This document shows, in pieces, positions 3,856 through 6,835 of a stretch of 6,835 bases of DNA. Under the pieces are notes generated by a model that had not been told where the DNA came from, made no database searches, and was given only the letters and a program-made list of their open reading frames with translations. This stretch comes from a virus, in the IMG/VR virus record IMGVR_UViG_3300011894_000040, positions 1 through 6,835 of that record. One strand, written 5' to 3'. Positions within the stretch are counted from its first letter, which is position 1; each line of letters starts with the position of its first letter. A program made the translations under genes and the position numbers.

Positions 3856-4119
3856 ATGGAAAATAATCAACAACCTCTACAAGCTACTGATAACACCAAA
3901 AAGGCTGTTACTGCCGTAAAACGCGCAGCTATGACTGCTGGTGTTGTAATGGCAACTACTGCTGCGGCATTTGCTGAAGATGGGGGCACTTCGATTGATT
4001 TAACCACTGGCTTGGCTGGTGTTGCGATTATTGCGGGTCTTCTTTCTGTAGGTAGCCTCAAGGCTGTACCAACATATGTTGGTTGGGGTATTCGTCGAGC
4101 GTTATCACTTCTTCGCTAA
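3856..4119 (+). CDS. gVIII: Major coat protein precursor (gVIII type), 87 aa, predicted mature 47 aa
   Basis: SD GAGGA (3844-3848) lies 7 nt upstream. The leader ends in AFA with cleavage predicted before EDGG. The mature protein has an acidic N-terminus (E, D, D), a hydrophobic core (GLAGVAIIAGLLSVG) and a basic C-terminus (K, R, R, R). It is followed directly by a strong terminator, as in Ff. Confidence 0.85.
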   Translation: MENNQQPLQATDNTKKAVTAVKRAAMTAGVVMATTAAAFAEDGGTSIDLTTGLAGVAIIAGLLSVGSLKAVPTYVGWGIRRALSLLR

Positions 4120-4136
4120 TTGATAAAACAAAAAAA

Positions 4137-4182
4137 AGCTGGGAGGAGCGCACAGCTGTACGCACCTCACCCAGCTTTTTTT
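4137..4182 (+). terminator. Rho-independent terminator after the coat gene
   Basis: AGCTGGG (4137-4143) pairs with CCCAGCT (4170-4176), with further AGG/CCT and GCG/CGC pairs. It is followed by T7 (4176-4182) and preceded by an A-run, so it may work in both directions. Confidence 0.85.
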
Positions 4183-4201
4183 ATAACTGGAGTAAAGCGA
4201 A

Positions 4202-4264
4202 ATGACCGTCTATTACATCATTGTGGTGGCTCTTGCGTTGTGGATCGTCTTGTCGGGGAAATAG
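4202..4264 (+). CDS. 20-aa hydrophobic mini-ORF (MTVYYIIVVALALWIVLSGK), candidate gVII/gIX-like minor coat or membrane peptide
   Basis: Not in the ORF track. GGAG (4189-4192) lies upstream. The stop TAG (4262-4264) is 1 nt before the gIII ATG at 4266, which suggests translational coupling. It is a single TM-length hydrophobic stretch. Confidence 0.4.
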   Translation: MTVYYIIVVALALWIVLSGK

Positions 4265-4265
4265 T

Positions 4266-5812
<1,547 letters not shown>

Positions 5813-5813
<1 letters not shown>

Positions 5814-6091
5814 TGCTTAAGTTTCTCGCAAAGTTAACAGAATGGTTATTAAAAAACTCGGTTCAAAAGGTGCTTACTGGGGCGGGTTTATCGGTGGTTT
5901 CTTACCTGTCTGTAGTAGCTGTAATAAGGGTCGCTTTTAACAGTTTAATTAATTCAATTTATAGCGTTTCTGCTGATCTTCTTAATTTTATGGGTATTTG
6001 TGGGATCGATTACGCTTTAAGTGGTTTCGTTTCTGTAGCTGTTTTCTTGATGAGTATTAAACAAGGCAGCTTATCTTTGAGGAAAAAATAA
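5813..6091 (+). CDS. Small multi-TM membrane protein at the gVI position, immediately upstream of the Zot-like gene (as Ace is upstream of Zot in CTXphi), 92 aa
   Basis: The ATG at 5813 overlaps the gIII stop (TAATG), with GGAG at 5802-5805. Its own stop overlaps the gI start (TAATG at 6089-6093). It has two to three hydrophobic segments. The call is positional. Confidence 0.6.
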
Positions 6092-6835
6092 TGAGTCAAT
6101 CTGCTGGCGGTACGTTTCGACTTGTTTGCGGTCAAATTGGCGCGGGTAAATCATATCTGTATGTTAAACAAGTAGAAGAAGAAATTAAAAAAAGTGGCAA
6201 ATATAAAAAGATTTATTCAAACATTCGTGCACATGCTGAATTAGCTGAAGGTATTACACCACTTCCAGACGATTGGCGAGAATGTGAACCTGATAGCCTT
6301 GTAATTATTGACGAGGTACAGAAACATGAGAAGTTTAGTAAACACTTCTCCAGTCGTCGTGATAGCGAGATTGTAGACCTTACAATGATTCGACATCAGC
6401 GTTTAGATTTATGGCTTATCAGCCCCAATCCAGCGCTAGTAAACAGTGATGTGCGGAACCTTGTGACACAGTATTTCTGGCTTGAAGTTGTAGGTGCTAA
6501 AACAACGAAATGCTATTGTTTTACGAAGGTTTATAACAGTATTACCAAATCAATTAAATTACAGGCTTATGATGAGTTTGTTTATACAATCGAAGAGAAG
6601 TATCACAAACTTTATAAATCTACTGAAGACGGTATAGCATCAGGTCGTAACTATAATTTTAATGTTAAGTTATGGGGCTTTGTAGGTGGTTTGGTTGTTG
6701 TAGTTATTGTGGCTTGTTTTCTTGTAGGTTTTTTTGCAAAGGGGACAAAAACAAAAAAAGATCAATTGTCTACTTCTAAAAAAACTGATACTGCACAGCC
6801 TCAGAATGCTAATCTTGATAACAAAGTTAAATTAG
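6091..6835 (+). CDS. gI: Gene I (Zot/pI-like assembly ATPase), N-terminal part; the CDS continues across the circular junction to 547 (404 aa in total)
   Basis: Absent from the ORF track because it has no stop inside the window. SD GAGGA (6079-6083) is present. Walker A is GQIGAGKS (6130-6153; M13 pI has GKLGAGKT). Walker B-like is LVIIDEVQ (M13 has LLVLDECG). The TM segment is LWGFVGGLVVVVIVACFLVGFF. Confidence 0.9.
   Translation, partial: MSQSAGGTFRLVCGQIGAGKSYLYVKQVEEEIKKSGKYKKIYSNIRAHAELAEGITPLPDDWRECEPDSLVIIDEVQKHEKFSKHFSSRRDSEIVDLTMIRHQRLDLWLISPNPALVNSDVRNLVTQYFWLEVVGAKTTKCYCFTKVYNSITKSIKLQAYDEFVYTIEEKYHKLYKSTEDGIASGRNYNFNVKLWGFVGGLVVVVIVACFLVGFFAKGTKTKKDQLSTSKKTDTAQPQNANLDNKVKL
6759..6835. 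repeat. Terminal overlap, right copy (identical to 1-77)
   Basis: Same 77-nt string as 1-77. Position p at the left end corresponds to p+6758. Confidence 0.95.

Noticed and set aside
3867-4061. 64-aa minus-strand ORF
   Set aside because: It is the antisense shadow of the Ala/Thr/Gly-rich coat gene; GCN codons read as open frame on the other strand.

Overview
This window is a complete, circularly permuted filamentous-phage (inovirus) genome or replicative form. Bases 1-77 are identical to 6759-6835, so the true unit is 6758 bp. The window was opened inside gene I (Zot/pI-type assembly ATPase), which starts at 6091, runs off the 3' end and finishes at 547; the ORF track shows only its tail. 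The + strand gene order is Ff-like. It begins with a gII replication initiator (1738-2961) that is unmistakably similar to M13/f1 gpII, with a conserved in-frame gX start at 2605. Next come a gV-position ssDNA-binding candidate, three small ORFs, and a major coat protein with a signal peptide (3856-4119) followed by a strong terminator. After that are a 20-aa hydrophobic mini-ORF, a 515-aa gIII-type adsorption protein with a long Gly-Thr/Gly-Ser linker, a gVI-position membrane protein, and gI. I see no secretin (gIV), integrase or transposase. The non-coding/accessory arc (548-1737) holds an f1-like plus-strand origin (nick hairpin 1357-1383) and a ~100-nt forked hairpin whose arms are dif-like, a candidate CTXphi-type attP. 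It also holds an AT-rich hairpin, a dense GTCT/AGAC motif array around a promoter, a ~230-nt element closed by a perfect 14-bp inverted repeat, a 46-aa hydrophobic ORF, and one minus-strand ribbon-helix-helix-like regulator. The most unusual features are (a) a second, near-canonical 28-bp dif-like site (3465-3492) inside the structural operon, between two paralogous CxxC...HxxxC mini-ORFs, and (b) an ORF just upstream of gVIII that shares the coat protein's C-terminal motif but has an acidic tail. All homology statements come from my memory of reference sequences, not from a search.
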